IMG/VR virus record: IMGVR_UViG_3300042554_000362
Location: 341-64,340 of that record
Direction: 5' to 3' (one strand)
From: a virus
Taxonomy: Duplodnaviria > Caudoviricetes
Length of the DNA stretch: 64,000 nt
Shown one piece after another: positions 32,210-42,204 of this stretch; the stretch's first letter is position 1, and each line of letters opens with the position of its first letter. The position numbers and the translations under genes are program-made. The notes under the pieces are model-generated. The model was not told the DNA's origin, did no database searches, and saw only the letters and a list, made by a program, of their open reading frames with translations.

Positions 32210-35200
32210 TTAGCCTCCTCTGATCAGCCATTCGCTGGGCCATAGATAACCTGTTCTAGCTGTTAACATGGTAGTGGTGTTAAAGTGAATTCTATAGTTC
32301 CAGTAGGCTGTGCCAGTGATTTGGAAAGCAGTGGCACTAACATACTTACCTGCGAAAAATGCCGCAATATACTGTTGACTGTAACTGCCCTTATTATACA
32401 AATAAGTACGCTCATAAAACACAAATGGTAGTTTGCTAGGCGGATTACCTCGACCAGTAATAGAATCTCTGGCACGACCATAAGGTGCAAATGCTCCTAT
32501 ATAAGTATAGGTAGCACCCACTTGTGTAAATTGATCCATTTCCCATAACACATCTTGATAGTGCACAGGTTGATTAAAGATTGTTAAATGATTAGCTCTA
32601 GGCATAATCAAAGCTGGAAATTGTAAAGTTACAGGCTCATTTAGATAAAATACAGGATCCAGGTTCCTAAGTATTGGATCAACTTGAGGTTGCATTAAGG
32701 GTTCAAAGTCTTTCAGCAGCTGAGGTATTACTTCAGGCATTAAAGGATCAAATTGTTTCTCAATTGACGGCACCGGAGAAATTATTTCTGCAGCCATTTG
32801 TACTTCCAATGGATCTGTTGTCATGGTGAATTCATAGACCGGAGTATCTAGCATACTAGTAAAAATAAAGTCAGGCGCGGGTGCTATGTTACCTTCTACG
32901 ACATCATAGTTAAAATCTTGACTGGACATTGAGCTCACAAAACTGGTGTCAATGTTTTGATAAATGAATCCGTTGTCCTGAGTAAAATTAGTAGCGGCTT
33001 GTAATAGATCAACTTCATCATTAAATCTATAAAATTCAGTTCCAGGCAGTGTTCCGCCTGATGCAATGAGCCCTTGAAATTCTGTATGAGTTATTTGATT
33101 TGCAGCAGTTCTAGTAGGTGATATGATATCACCGTGAGGTCTGGTTAGTAAATTACCAACAAGTTGATCACTTTCTGGGTCAAATTTGCCAGGTAACACA
33201 TTACCACGAGCTGCTTGATTTACTATATATGTGGTATTTGTTGCCTGCCCTTGGCCAACAAGACTATTGCTAAAAAATACTGTAAATTTCGGTATGGTGT
33301 TAGACACACTAACTAATCCACTAACCAAACTATATTCGTTAACCAAATTGGCCTGAATATCGTCGCTGCTAATAAAGGTTGGCGATTTAACTGCTTCAAA
33401 ACTTACATTAGAACGTAATTTATTGAATTGTTCTACAAACAATGAACTAATACTGCTATAGACATTGGTAGCTGCATGCCCTCGTTCTGCAGTCATTGAC
33501 TTGGTAATAACAGTTACATTTGTAAAAGCTGTACCAAGTTGTTTATACAACCAGGTTGGATTTGATCTCAACACCGGCCCTGAAATACTGCGATTATTAA
33601 TGCTCCAACGTCCCACTGGTATACGCACATTGCCGCCATCAACATCAGTTTTGATTTGATACAGTATGGCATCTTGCTGGTAATAATTAGGCACCAACCA
33701 TTCTAGGGCAATCTTAGCGCCGGTGCTGACACTGCTGACATACGGTCCAACTGTGGTACCATTAACCACAAGATTAACACCTATTCTGTCCACTAGCAGC
33801 GCACTAGTCAATGTAGGCACAGTGGCAGTTAGTGTGAGATTGGCAGATCTATAAGCAGGCTCTTCAAAAATTTGCGTGCCTGTTTGATTCATGTTGCGTA
33901 ATCTAACAAATGGATTAACCAAGGGCAAGTAATTCATAGCATTGAATTTTGGCCCCGGAGCTGTTAACAGTGTATTCAGATACCAATGCGGTCCAATTAT
34001 GGCCACTTCTCTAGCATCGTAGATACGTCTGCTGGTAAATTGATTGGTGATCATAATACGATCACCTACTACAAAGTTATGATATTGACCACTTAGCACT
34101 GTGCTGATACCACCAGAAACTCTAGTAAAAGTTTGGCTAATACCGGTTTCTATGTCAGTGCTTCTATAATAATCAGGAATATAGTATAGACCACTGGTAG
34201 TAATTACCACATTGCTGTTAGCGTAGGTGATAGGTGGTTGATCAACATAGACATTAGCAGTGGTACTATAGGTACTAGCCAGGCTGTCTTTTACTGTAGG
34301 GATCACCTGTTGATAATCACCGATGCTAAACATAGGCGCAATAGGACGCTGAGTAGTACCCAATGGTATTTGCAATTTTACTCTATCCCCAGAAGCTACG
34401 TCATCTAGTCCTGTGTACACACGATCATTTAGGTATAATCTACCATAGTCGGCAGCTAGTTTGATATTAACCAAAGGTGGTATGCGTTGATCTACCACAA
34501 ACTCATAGGCAGTTTCAGTGTCAGATTCGGCCAGACTTTTAATAACATCAACATATCTAGCAGTGAATCCTTGTGTGTCTTTGGTAAAGCTACCAGATCC
34601 TAGTGCTACCCAACGCCCATCAATGATTTCACTGCCAAACAAATAACTGGTTCCTGCTGCTATACCTGAAATATTGGCACTGTCATAGATCACATCAGCG
34701 CCGCTGATTCCTACATTGGCTGTGGAATTGTGTCTGGTATTGTCATACCAAAATTCAATGTACTGGAATCTACCTCCAGTGTAAACCCCCACTTCATAGG
34801 TATAAGCAGGAGCTAAAACATTGCTTTTAAACAGCACCGCAGTATTAGCTGTTAGTGTTTGATTATTGGTAACTGTGGCATAATTGCCCATGAACTTTAC
34901 AGTAGTGGGTGCTGTGATTGTGGCACCAGTGCCATTATACAAATTGGCTCTGTTATATTGGTAACTGATTGTAGTACTCACTGGTGGCGGATTTGTGCCA
35001 AAATCTATCACAGTCTTTTCTACTGTGAGCGGTACACCAGCAGTGGCACTAATACTAGCATTGCTGTTAAAGTAATAGTTTCTAAATAAAGCACTAGCGG
35101 CCGAAACTGAAGTAGGTGTGTTAGTAGGTATTCCTTCGTCGATGACCGCAATAGTTCTTGCTAAACTTACCCCAGATTCTGCTTGTACACTAACTGTGAT

Positions 35201-38032
35201 AGTTTCAGTACCTTCATAGGCTACGTTAGGTTCTGTGGTCAACGTTAGCACAGCAGCACCATTGGCGGCTGTAATAGAACCAGTCATGCCAGTGCCTGCC
35301 ACAAAGTCTGAGCTGTCTACAGTGCCTGTGATAGCATAATTAAATGTTTCGCCGTCGCTGAGTGGAACTTCAGTAGCAGTCAAAGTAAATTGCACTGTGT
35401 TACCTTCAACTATGACTATGCTGTTAGCGGTCCATACATACTGTCTTGGCAAGGTATACAAACTGGCAACAGCAGCTCCTGAAGGAACACCACTACCTGA
35501 CACAGTTTGTTTAACCCAGATTGCTGCATAATCGGCACTGCTAATTCGCACAGTGATACCACCACTGTTGGCTAATGGAGTAACACTATAAGGAGTTCGA
35601 ACAATGCTGGAAGCTCCACCAACTCCGGCGCTGGTATAAAATGCCCAGGTAGTATCTACTGAATTACTGGTAATGCCATCAATGGTAAACACATTACCAG
35701 TAACTGCAAGTATGGCATTACCGCTGACAGTGGTACTGGTTACTGTGTCTACAAATCCAACCTGTACATTGTTAACCAAGACATTTGCATATTTCTTTAT
35801 AGCAGTATTGGTTAATAAAAGCATGTAATTGGGCACAGTTTCAGCCATATACACAGTGGCGTTGACATTGAAAAATTCTGTAGCAGTTACATAGCTGCTT
35901 ACTGTAATATTGTTGCCGCTGATATAATCGCCTACTTTGACATTAGCTAGATTAGGTAATACCACTTCAGGCCAATTAGTAGTGGTAATCACTGTGTTTA
36001 CTGTGTTACCCAATGGATAGCTGTCCCAGCTGGTTCCGACCCAGCGTATACGCTTGCCTACAAATTCACCCAGGCTTTGATCTTGGAAATAAACACCAGG
36101 AGTTTCATAGGTTTCTAAATTACCATCAACGATGTTCAGCGGGTTCACATTGATAATGGGTTTGCCTTGATACAAATTCTTTGGCTCTACATACACAGCA
36201 TCAGTCTGCAGACTTCCGAATGTGGGATTCATTTGAACAGGTGTATTTTCAAAGGTTATAGTTCCGTTGGTATGCACATAAAGGTTACCAAATATGTTAC
36301 CATAACTTTTAAGATTAAATGGCAATGGGACTAGTGTAAAACCTTCATCGATGTCTCCGGAATCTGGTAGACTATAAAAGCCCACTGGTGGAGCAACACG
36401 ATTCAGAGCAACTGTACTAGGCAATAAATAATCGCGTAAAAAGGTCGAACTTATAACGGTTACTGTATAATCTATAGCAGTTTCGCCCAAAATTACAGGA
36501 CTTCTAAACACACCGTTGTTGGTTGCTTTGTAGCTTACAGTAAAGTAGTCATTGGAGTTTACAGGAGCATCACTGATACCATTGGCCCAGTATCTCAGAC
36601 CTGTGCCTAATTTAGGATAAATTCCTTCCTGTCCTAGCATTACAATTTGTCTTAGTTCAGTGCCAATGTGTGTAACTGGTCCAGTTCTAGGTTCTAAACT
36701 GAATGGCACAATCTTTTGTATGCCAGTGAGATTCAGTGTTACTGCTGGTCCTAGGTAGTGTGTGGCCAACATATTACCATTTACTGAACTAACCAGTGTG
36801 ACTTTGTTAGAAAAACTGACTGCGTTGTACACACTATCTGCATAGTACTGTAAAACCAAGTTGGTATTATGTCCGGTAACATGCAAATAACCATTAAACA
36901 ACTTACAGTAAGCCGGAATAAAATCCGGTGTGTTCCAGATAGCATAAGCAGGATTATTACCGGTAAACACCAATAATCTTTGATTATTAGAATCCGGTAC
37001 TGCTACTCTGGCACCATCTGCCAGCGTGGCCGGCGACCCAACAGCAGAGCCAGTATATAAAACATTGGTTGCGCCACTGAGACTTACATAGATAACTTTC
37101 TGAGTACGTGTGACTACTATGGCGTCGTTATTTACACAGGCAATGTCTAGTATTTCTTCATCGGCTAGTGTTATGGTAGTTTGTAGTGCAAAATTTATAC
37201 CTAGCACATATATTTGACTAGCGCCAGCTATCCAAATTTTATTTGCCCTGACATCCATGGCAGTCACTGCCGGGAATAGTGCACTTAGAAATTTCTTTCT
37301 GGCAGCGTCTAAAAATGATCCACTGCCAGGAATATCTTCTTGAAATGGTAAATCATCTAAGATAATAGTAGGAGTTACTGTGGGTTCAAACTTGTCGCTT
37401 TCATAAAAACGTGTACTAAATACCACACGATAAATTTTACCGTCGTTGCCTAACAGTAATAAATCTTGCTTGTAACCTCCTGAAGGTGTAACACTGGTAA
37501 TTTTTCTATAGTCGATGGGACCTGCTGGCAACATCAATCTATTAATTGCTTGCCCAGTGGTAGAGTACAGCACTGCTGAGTTCTTCAATGGGTCCATGAC
37601 CACATGCATGTTTTCTACATCAATAAATCCTTTGCCGAACCCTATAGGACTATTTTGTAGAAATTCAGGTAACTCTGAAAAACTAATTGTGGGACTAAAT
37701 TGAATATAATTATACCAGCGTCGGCGAGCATCTGCTGATTTGACAGTGGCGTTGTAATTGTTGCGATTAACTACGGCAAAGTTCTGTAGTTTATCGTCTA
37801 GATAGTAAGGATAAAATTGATATCCTAGATATCCTGCAGGTGTGGTAACTGTGGCAGTGACAATATCATTGTTACTCAATACAATAGGACGAGCAGTTAC
37901 ACCGATACCGTTAACTTGAATTGATACATTAGACCATATATCAAACTTTTGACGACGGGTTGATGTAAACGCTAAGGTAACTACACTATTGGGAACGCAT
38001 GACGATACACTGGTGAACATCGTGCTTCCCAA
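32210..38032 (-). CDS. Large beta-rich virion/tail protein (possible beta-propeller, nidogen-like and Calx-beta-like segments)
   Basis: 1940 aa. The start is uncertain (TTG 38032 or ATG 38020). Contains DEGFTLVPLPFNLKSYG...VHTNGTITF and EGNTVQFTL...EGTETITVSV motifs. Confidence 0.55.
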   Translation of the reverse strand: MGSTMFTSVSSCVPNSVVTLAFTSTRRQKFDIWSNVSIQVNGIGVTARPIVLSNNDIVTATVTTPAGYLGYQFYPYYLDDKLQNFAVVNRNNYNATVKSADARRRWYNYIQFSPTISFSELPEFLQNSPIGFGKGFIDVENMHVVMDPLKNSAVLYSTTGQAINRLMLPAGPIDYRKITSVTPSGGYKQDLLLLGNDGKIYRVVFSTRFYESDKFEPTVTPTIILDDLPFQEDIPGSGSFLDAARKKFLSALFPAVTAMDVRANKIWIAGASQIYVLGINFALQTTITLADEEILDIACVNNDAIVVTRTQKVIYVSLSGATNVLYTGSAVGSPATLADGARVAVPDSNNQRLLVFTGNNPAYAIWNTPDFIPAYCKLFNGYLHVTGHNTNLVLQYYADSVYNAVSFSNKVTLVSSVNGNMLATHYLGPAVTLNLTGIQKIVPFSLEPRTGPVTHIGTELRQIVMLGQEGIYPKLGTGLRYWANGISDAPVNSNDYFTVSYKATNNGVFRSPVILGETAIDYTVTVISSTFLRDYLLPSTVALNRVAPPVGFYSLPDSGDIDEGFTLVPLPFNLKSYGNIFGNLYVHTNGTITFENTPVQMNPTFGSLQTDAVYVEPKNLYQGKPIINVNPLNIVDGNLETYETPGVYFQDQSLGEFVGKRIRWVGTSWDSYPLGNTVNTVITTTNWPEVVLPNLANVKVGDYISGNNITVSSYVTATEFFNVNATVYMAETVPNYMLLLTNTAIKKYANVLVNNVQVGFVDTVTSTTVSGNAILAVTGNVFTIDGITSNSVDTTWAFYTSAGVGGASSIVRTPYSVTPLANSGGITVRISSADYAAIWVKQTVSGSGVPSGAAVASLYTLPRQYVWTANSIVIVEGNTVQFTLTATEVPLSDGETFNYAITGTVDSSDFVAGTGMTGSITAANGAAVLTLTTEPNVAYEGTETITVSVQAESGVSLARTIAVIDEGIPTNTPTSVSAASALFRNYYFNSNASISATAGVPLTVEKTVIDFGTNPPPVSTTISYQYNRANLYNGTGATITAPTTVKFMGNYATVTNNQTLTANTAVLFKSNVLAPAYTYEVGVYTGGRFQYIEFWYDNTRHNSTANVGISGADVIYDSANISGIAAGTSYLFGSEIIDGRWVALGSGSFTKDTQGFTARYVDVIKSLAESDTETAYEFVVDQRIPPLVNIKLAADYGRLYLNDRVYTGLDDVASGDRVKLQIPLGTTQRPIAPMFSIGDYQQVIPTVKDSLASTYSTTANVYVDQPPITYANSNVVITTSGLYYIPDYYRSTDIETGISQTFTRVSGGISTVLSGQYHNFVVGDRIMITNQFTSRRIYDAREVAIIGPHWYLNTLLTAPGPKFNAMNYLPLVNPFVRLRNMNQTGTQIFEEPAYRSANLTLTATVPTLTSALLVDRIGVNLVVNGTTVGPYVSSVSTGAKIALEWLVPNYYQQDAILYQIKTDVDGGNVRIPVGRWSINNRSISGPVLRSNPTWLYKQLGTAFTNVTVITKSMTAERGHAATNVYSSISSLFVEQFNKLRSNVSFEAVKSPTFISSDDIQANLVNEYSLVSGLVSVSNTIPKFTVFFSNSLVGQGQATNTTYIVNQAARGNVLPGKFDPESDQLVGNLLTRPHGDIISPTRTAANQITHTEFQGLIASGGTLPGTEFYRFNDEVDLLQAATNFTQDNGFIYQNIDTSFVSSMSSQDFNYDVVEGNIAPAPDFIFTSMLDTPVYEFTMTTDPLEVQMAAEIISPVPSIEKQFDPLMPEVIPQLLKDFEPLMQPQVDPILRNLDPVFYLNEPVTLQFPALIMPRANHLTIFNQPVHYQDVLWEMDQFTQVGATYTYIGAFAPYGRARDSITGRGNPPSKLPFVFYERTYLYNKGSYSQQYIAAFFAGKYVSATAFQITGTAYWNYRIHFNTTTMLTARTGYLWPSEWLIRGG

Positions 38033-38058
38033 TCAAGATAATAAGTCTACTAGACATA

Positions 38059-39243
38059 TCACACTGTGGTAGTGCTGGTTGTGGTTGTAGTTGGTACTAC
38101 ACCGCCCACGTATATATGACTGTCTTCCACTGCTGTATTGGCCTGTGTTAACACCATTAGTCTAACACCCACACCATAGGCTTCGGTAGCATATAGTGCA
38201 GTATATCTGCGTGTAGCTGCTTCATTGTACACTGTAACATCAATGCTGGTACCAGGTCCAACAACCTCAGCACTAACTGTGCCAATCATGTCTAGCTCAT
38301 CACCATAACGATAACGCGGAGTACTCAGGTTATTGAAAAATGTAACAACGAATTCCCCAGTTTCAGTTAGGCTTTGCTGCTGGAAAGGGTTCATTAGAGC
38401 AGCACTGTCTGTGCTGTCAACTACTGCGTATTTCTTACGACTAGGACTTAGCACATCATTTTCACGTACAATAAATTTATAAAATTGGTCATATAGTATT
38501 ACTGCTGCGGATACCGTAGTGGGAGTGCTGGTTCCGCCTACAGCGTATACAGGACACTTACTGGTTTCTGTGGTTGGATCATTGCTACCCCTAAATGCTC
38601 CGCCGCCGCGAACATGCCCTGTTAAACGATCAACAGGACGTTGTACTAAAAACCAACGAAATGGACTATTACCATGACCTGTAGTAGCACTAACCGAGCT
38701 AGGAATTTCTTCTTGACTGTCTTCCCATACTGCTAAAAATATACCACGATTAGTCAACGTTAGCGTGTAACTCATTGGGTAAGCACCTTCGCTGCCCACG
38801 CTCACAGTTCTGTTGATCCAAACCTGTGTCACTGACCCGGTGCCGCTATCAGCTGGAGCACCGCTGTTGTTCCACGTAGCACTAAAGTTTCCTGGTGGCT
38901 CAACTGGCTCAGTGGAAGTGGCGCTTCTATTATTTAAAAATGCTATAGTACCAGAATCTGGAAACTGTAGCGCAGTTCCTGCATGCACTGCCAATCTGTT
39001 ACTGTCTATTAGATTGAATACCAATCGCCAAGCAGCAGTAATTGTAGTACCCGGCGGAGTATAGCTGGCCAGTGGATCTACGTCGGTGGTTCCTTCATAG
39101 ATAACCTTACCAGTGCCCGCAGTGCCAAACTTTTTAATAAAATAGGTTTTCCCACTGTGCGCCGTAGTAAGTTCGGTATTGATATCTATCAGCATGGCTG
39201 ATAGTGTGGTATATCCATGTTTTGTTACTGAGTAAACGGCCAT
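38059..39243 (-). CDS. Virion structural protein, paralogue of 39261..41405 (resembles a phiKZ-type tail protein family)
   Basis: Shares YPxxYxLTxTNRG, WFLxQRPVDRxTG, FIVRExDVLxPS and NLxTPRxRYxxELDMxG with the adjacent gene. Confidence 0.55.
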   Translation of the reverse strand: MAVYSVTKHGYTTLSAMLIDINTELTTAHSGKTYFIKKFGTAGTGKVIYEGTTDVDPLASYTPPGTTITAAWRLVFNLIDSNRLAVHAGTALQFPDSGTIAFLNNRSATSTEPVEPPGNFSATWNNSGAPADSGTGSVTQVWINRTVSVGSEGAYPMSYTLTLTNRGIFLAVWEDSQEEIPSSVSATTGHGNSPFRWFLVQRPVDRLTGHVRGGGAFRGSNDPTTETSKCPVYAVGGTSTPTTVSAAVILYDQFYKFIVRENDVLSPSRKKYAVVDSTDSAALMNPFQQQSLTETGEFVVTFFNNLSTPRYRYGDELDMIGTVSAEVVGPGTSIDVTVYNEAATRRYTALYATEAYGVGVRLMVLTQANTAVEDSHIYVGGVVPTTTTTSTTTV

Positions 39244-39260
39244 TTTATTCTATACTCCAA

Positions 39261-41405
39261 TTATATAATTTGCTTCAGCACCGCTATTCTTAACCCCGAG
39301 TTATAAGTGCCATTGGCTGGCAATGCCTTATAAACTCGTTGTGTTGACTCTTGGTATGCTGTTACAGAAATTTCATTGCTGGCCATACAAACATCAGCAC
39401 TGGTTTGACCTAACATGTCTAATTCTTCACTGTATCTAAATCGTGGTGTGGTTAGGTTGTGCAGGAAGCTGACTAGATATTTGCTGTCCTCAGTAAGTGA
39501 AATTTGATTGCTACTGTTAATAACAGCAAAACTATCTTTCCAATGAGCATCCGCTGGCACTCGATATGGACAGGTTTCACTGGTAACAATAACTCCAGTA
39601 TCTGGATTAGCATATAAACGTCTTGCGTCTGCATCACCTTGGCTAGGATGTAGTACATCGGTTTCACGTACTATAAACTGCCAATACCTATATCCTACAC
39701 TGTTAATACAAAATACCGGACTCTTACCAGTGGTAAGTGTTTTGCCAGTTACACGATCCACTGGACGCTGAATCAGGAACCAATTGAAATAGTTGTCTGT
39801 GGTCAATCTGCTGGTTCTTTGCAGCACACTAAAGCTACCCTCCCAACATCCGAAAAATACACCGCGATTAGTTATAGTTAAACTATAATTCAATGGATAA
39901 GCATTACCGTCAGTGCCTACTCTGGTTTTTCTATTTAAAAATCCTTGAGTTGGCTCACCTGCATCGGGTGTACCCGATGCACCAGTGGGCGCTTTACCAA
40001 ACGCACCCGACCGATCAATAATAGCTCCGGATGCATCACGCACATAGCTGATATTAGCCTTATCATCAATCTGTATTGGAGTGGCTGCATAAAAACTTAC
40101 CACTTGTTTGTCAGTGACATCTATGCCGATTCGCCATGGTTCAGTTTCTTCAAACTTAAATTGCAGTGTTTCACCACCAGTTAAACTTTGATTGCTGCTT
40201 AGTACCACAGTGGCTTCTGTATTGGTACTGTTGATGTTAGCAGATACCACTGTGACATAGCCAGATACCGATCCTGGTAATACTGCACTGGTCACACGCT
40301 GTCCTGCATAGATAATAGGTTTCCAGCTTTGGCCAGGTGTAGTCATTCCGTTGACCTGAACAATGGTGTTGCTGGTAGTACTAGATACCACGTTAGCATA
40401 AACACCAACTTGATCATTCTTAGGATCAACCATGCCAGTGGCTTCTAGTGCCACAGCAAATTTACTAGGTACCGTTGTGGTATTGCTGGTAAATGCAGCG
40501 CCGTTACCTCTGGTTAACAAAGTAGTATTACCACTAATGGTTACGTTTGCACTGAGTTCTACCCATGTAGCTGAAGCTGTTGTTTCACTATAGGTATACC
40601 ATGGAGGCCCATTATAAACTACTCCAACTGGAATATTAAATGTACCCGTATTAACAATGGTAGTTCCAGCTGGAATAGTTGATAGTCCCGAAGGATCAAA
40701 AATTTCTTGACCCTTTTTAACAGTGCCAATTGGGCCTTGTCTGTCGCCTGAGGTAGTCGTCCAATACCAAATTTTATCAGTGGGCCATCTAGTGCCCTTT
40801 GTTCCGCCGGAGCCGTTAACTCCCCAAGCTGCATCCCAATTAGTTTGTGTTCTTTCATCGCTAGGAACACTATTTCCACTTCTAGCCAAAAGATTAGCAG
40901 TAGCAGCACCACCTTTGGTGCTGGTTACAGAGGTAGTAAGGAAAAAGCTACCGGCACGATAATCTACATTAGCCTGTCCATCTAGTGTTCCGTGAACTAG
41001 GTATGCCGGCTGCGGAATACCTGCAATACTATTATAAGTAGCAGGCACGTTGTACTGATAGCTAGTAATTTCTCCTACGGCTGTGCCAACAGCAGTAACA
41101 TTAATCATAAATGGAGTATCGTAGGAACCACCTAATAGAACTAGTCTGTCACCGACCCTATAACCACTGCCTTTATTAACCATGTTAAACACTCTGATAG
41201 ATGGCGGCCAAGTACTAGTATAATCAGTGATGTCAGGATCCACAGTATCATTGATGAATCTGGTGTTAACTACCCTAAACCCATGATTCTGCATGTCAGC
41301 AACCATTCTAAATACCATGTCGCTGACTGTAACAAATCCTGCACGTTCTACCGAGTAGAACCCTTTGTCTGCATTAGTATATTCATAAACTGTACGAATA
41401 GACAT
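39261..41405 (-). CDS. Virion structural protein, long paralogue with an inserted central region
   Basis: 714 aa. Same N- and C-terminal motifs as 38059..39243. GGAGA RBS and an upstream TAAATA. Confidence 0.55.
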   Translation of the reverse strand: MSIRTVYEYTNADKGFYSVERAGFVTVSDMVFRMVADMQNHGFRVVNTRFINDTVDPDITDYTSTWPPSIRVFNMVNKGSGYRVGDRLVLLGGSYDTPFMINVTAVGTAVGEITSYQYNVPATYNSIAGIPQPAYLVHGTLDGQANVDYRAGSFFLTTSVTSTKGGAATANLLARSGNSVPSDERTQTNWDAAWGVNGSGGTKGTRWPTDKIWYWTTTSGDRQGPIGTVKKGQEIFDPSGLSTIPAGTTIVNTGTFNIPVGVVYNGPPWYTYSETTASATWVELSANVTISGNTTLLTRGNGAAFTSNTTTVPSKFAVALEATGMVDPKNDQVGVYANVVSSTTSNTIVQVNGMTTPGQSWKPIIYAGQRVTSAVLPGSVSGYVTVVSANINSTNTEATVVLSSNQSLTGGETLQFKFEETEPWRIGIDVTDKQVVSFYAATPIQIDDKANISYVRDASGAIIDRSGAFGKAPTGASGTPDAGEPTQGFLNRKTRVGTDGNAYPLNYSLTITNRGVFFGCWEGSFSVLQRTSRLTTDNYFNWFLIQRPVDRVTGKTLTTGKSPVFCINSVGYRYWQFIVRETDVLHPSQGDADARRLYANPDTGVIVTSETCPYRVPADAHWKDSFAVINSSNQISLTEDSKYLVSFLHNLTTPRFRYSEELDMLGQTSADVCMASNEISVTAYQESTQRVYKALPANGTYNSGLRIAVLKQII

Positions 41406-41473
41406 TAAAAATTCTCCATTCCTAGGATAGATCCATAGATATACAGTTATTTATCAAATGCACAGTTTTGAAT

Positions 41474-42202
41474 TTAAGGAGTAACCATACCAGAGTCAGT
41501 AACAGCCGGGTAATAAAATATACTCAGTGTCACTGGACCACCGGCATTATAAGGGTCAATACTGGATATGGTACAGTAAACATTAGGTACTGGTGGCTCT
41601 TCAAAATTAGCAAATATGCTAAACTGTCTGCTTTGAAAACTGCTGCCATCGTTGAAAAACACTGTGCCGTCATCGGTGAGATGGTCTGGTGTTGCAATAA
41701 AAGTATAAGGATTGGGTTCTGCCTTAAGCGGCGTAGAAAACACTTCAACCTTGCAGGCACGACTCACTGTAAGACCATACACAATACTGCTAACTCCAAG
41801 TGGTAATACCACTTCAGCACTGCCATAACCAGGCACTGACACTGTGGTGGTGTACCGTCTGCGCCTAATAGCAGCTTCGGGTGGTGCTGGAGCCCAAAAC
41901 ATGTTGAGGCTACCACCGCCTTCTGCAACCATCATCTGATTAGTACCAGCTGGAGTATAATTAGGTAAAGTATAAGCTGCTACACCCACATTACCTACTG
42001 TTACCAGATTGCCTACAAACAAGTTACCAGTGATGCTGGTATCACCAATAACATCTAAACTGACATTTGGATTCCAATTGTTGATACCAACACGACGATT
42101 AGTAACATCAAAATAAATTAAGTTGCCGTCGATGGCTAAATCTAGACCCTGGCGTTCTAGATTACGCAACAACATTGGACCTGAAATTCTACCGATAGCC
42201 AT
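41474..42202 (-). CDS. Short fibre/connector protein
   Basis: 242 aa. The N-terminus MAIGRISGPML...FDVTNRRVGIN is typical of fibre proteins. Confidence 0.5.
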   Translation of the reverse strand: MAIGRISGPMLLRNLERQGLDLAIDGNLIYFDVTNRRVGINNWNPNVSLDVIGDTSITGNLFVGNLVTVGNVGVAAYTLPNYTPAGTNQMMVAEGGGSLNMFWAPAPPEAAIRRRRYTTTVSVPGYGSAEVVLPLGVSSIVYGLTVSRACKVEVFSTPLKAEPNPYTFIATPDHLTDDGTVFFNDGSSFQSRQFSIFANFEEPPVPNVYCTISSIDPYNAGGPVTLSIFYYPAVTDSGMVTP

Positions 42203-42204
42203 GA

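Noticed and set aside
38020-38057. Possible frameshift at the 5' end of the 1940-aa gene (ATG 38057 is one base out of frame at a GGG)
   Set aside because: In-frame starts exist (TTG 38032, ATG 38020) and only about 9 codons are involved. It cannot be separated from chance without homologues or reads.
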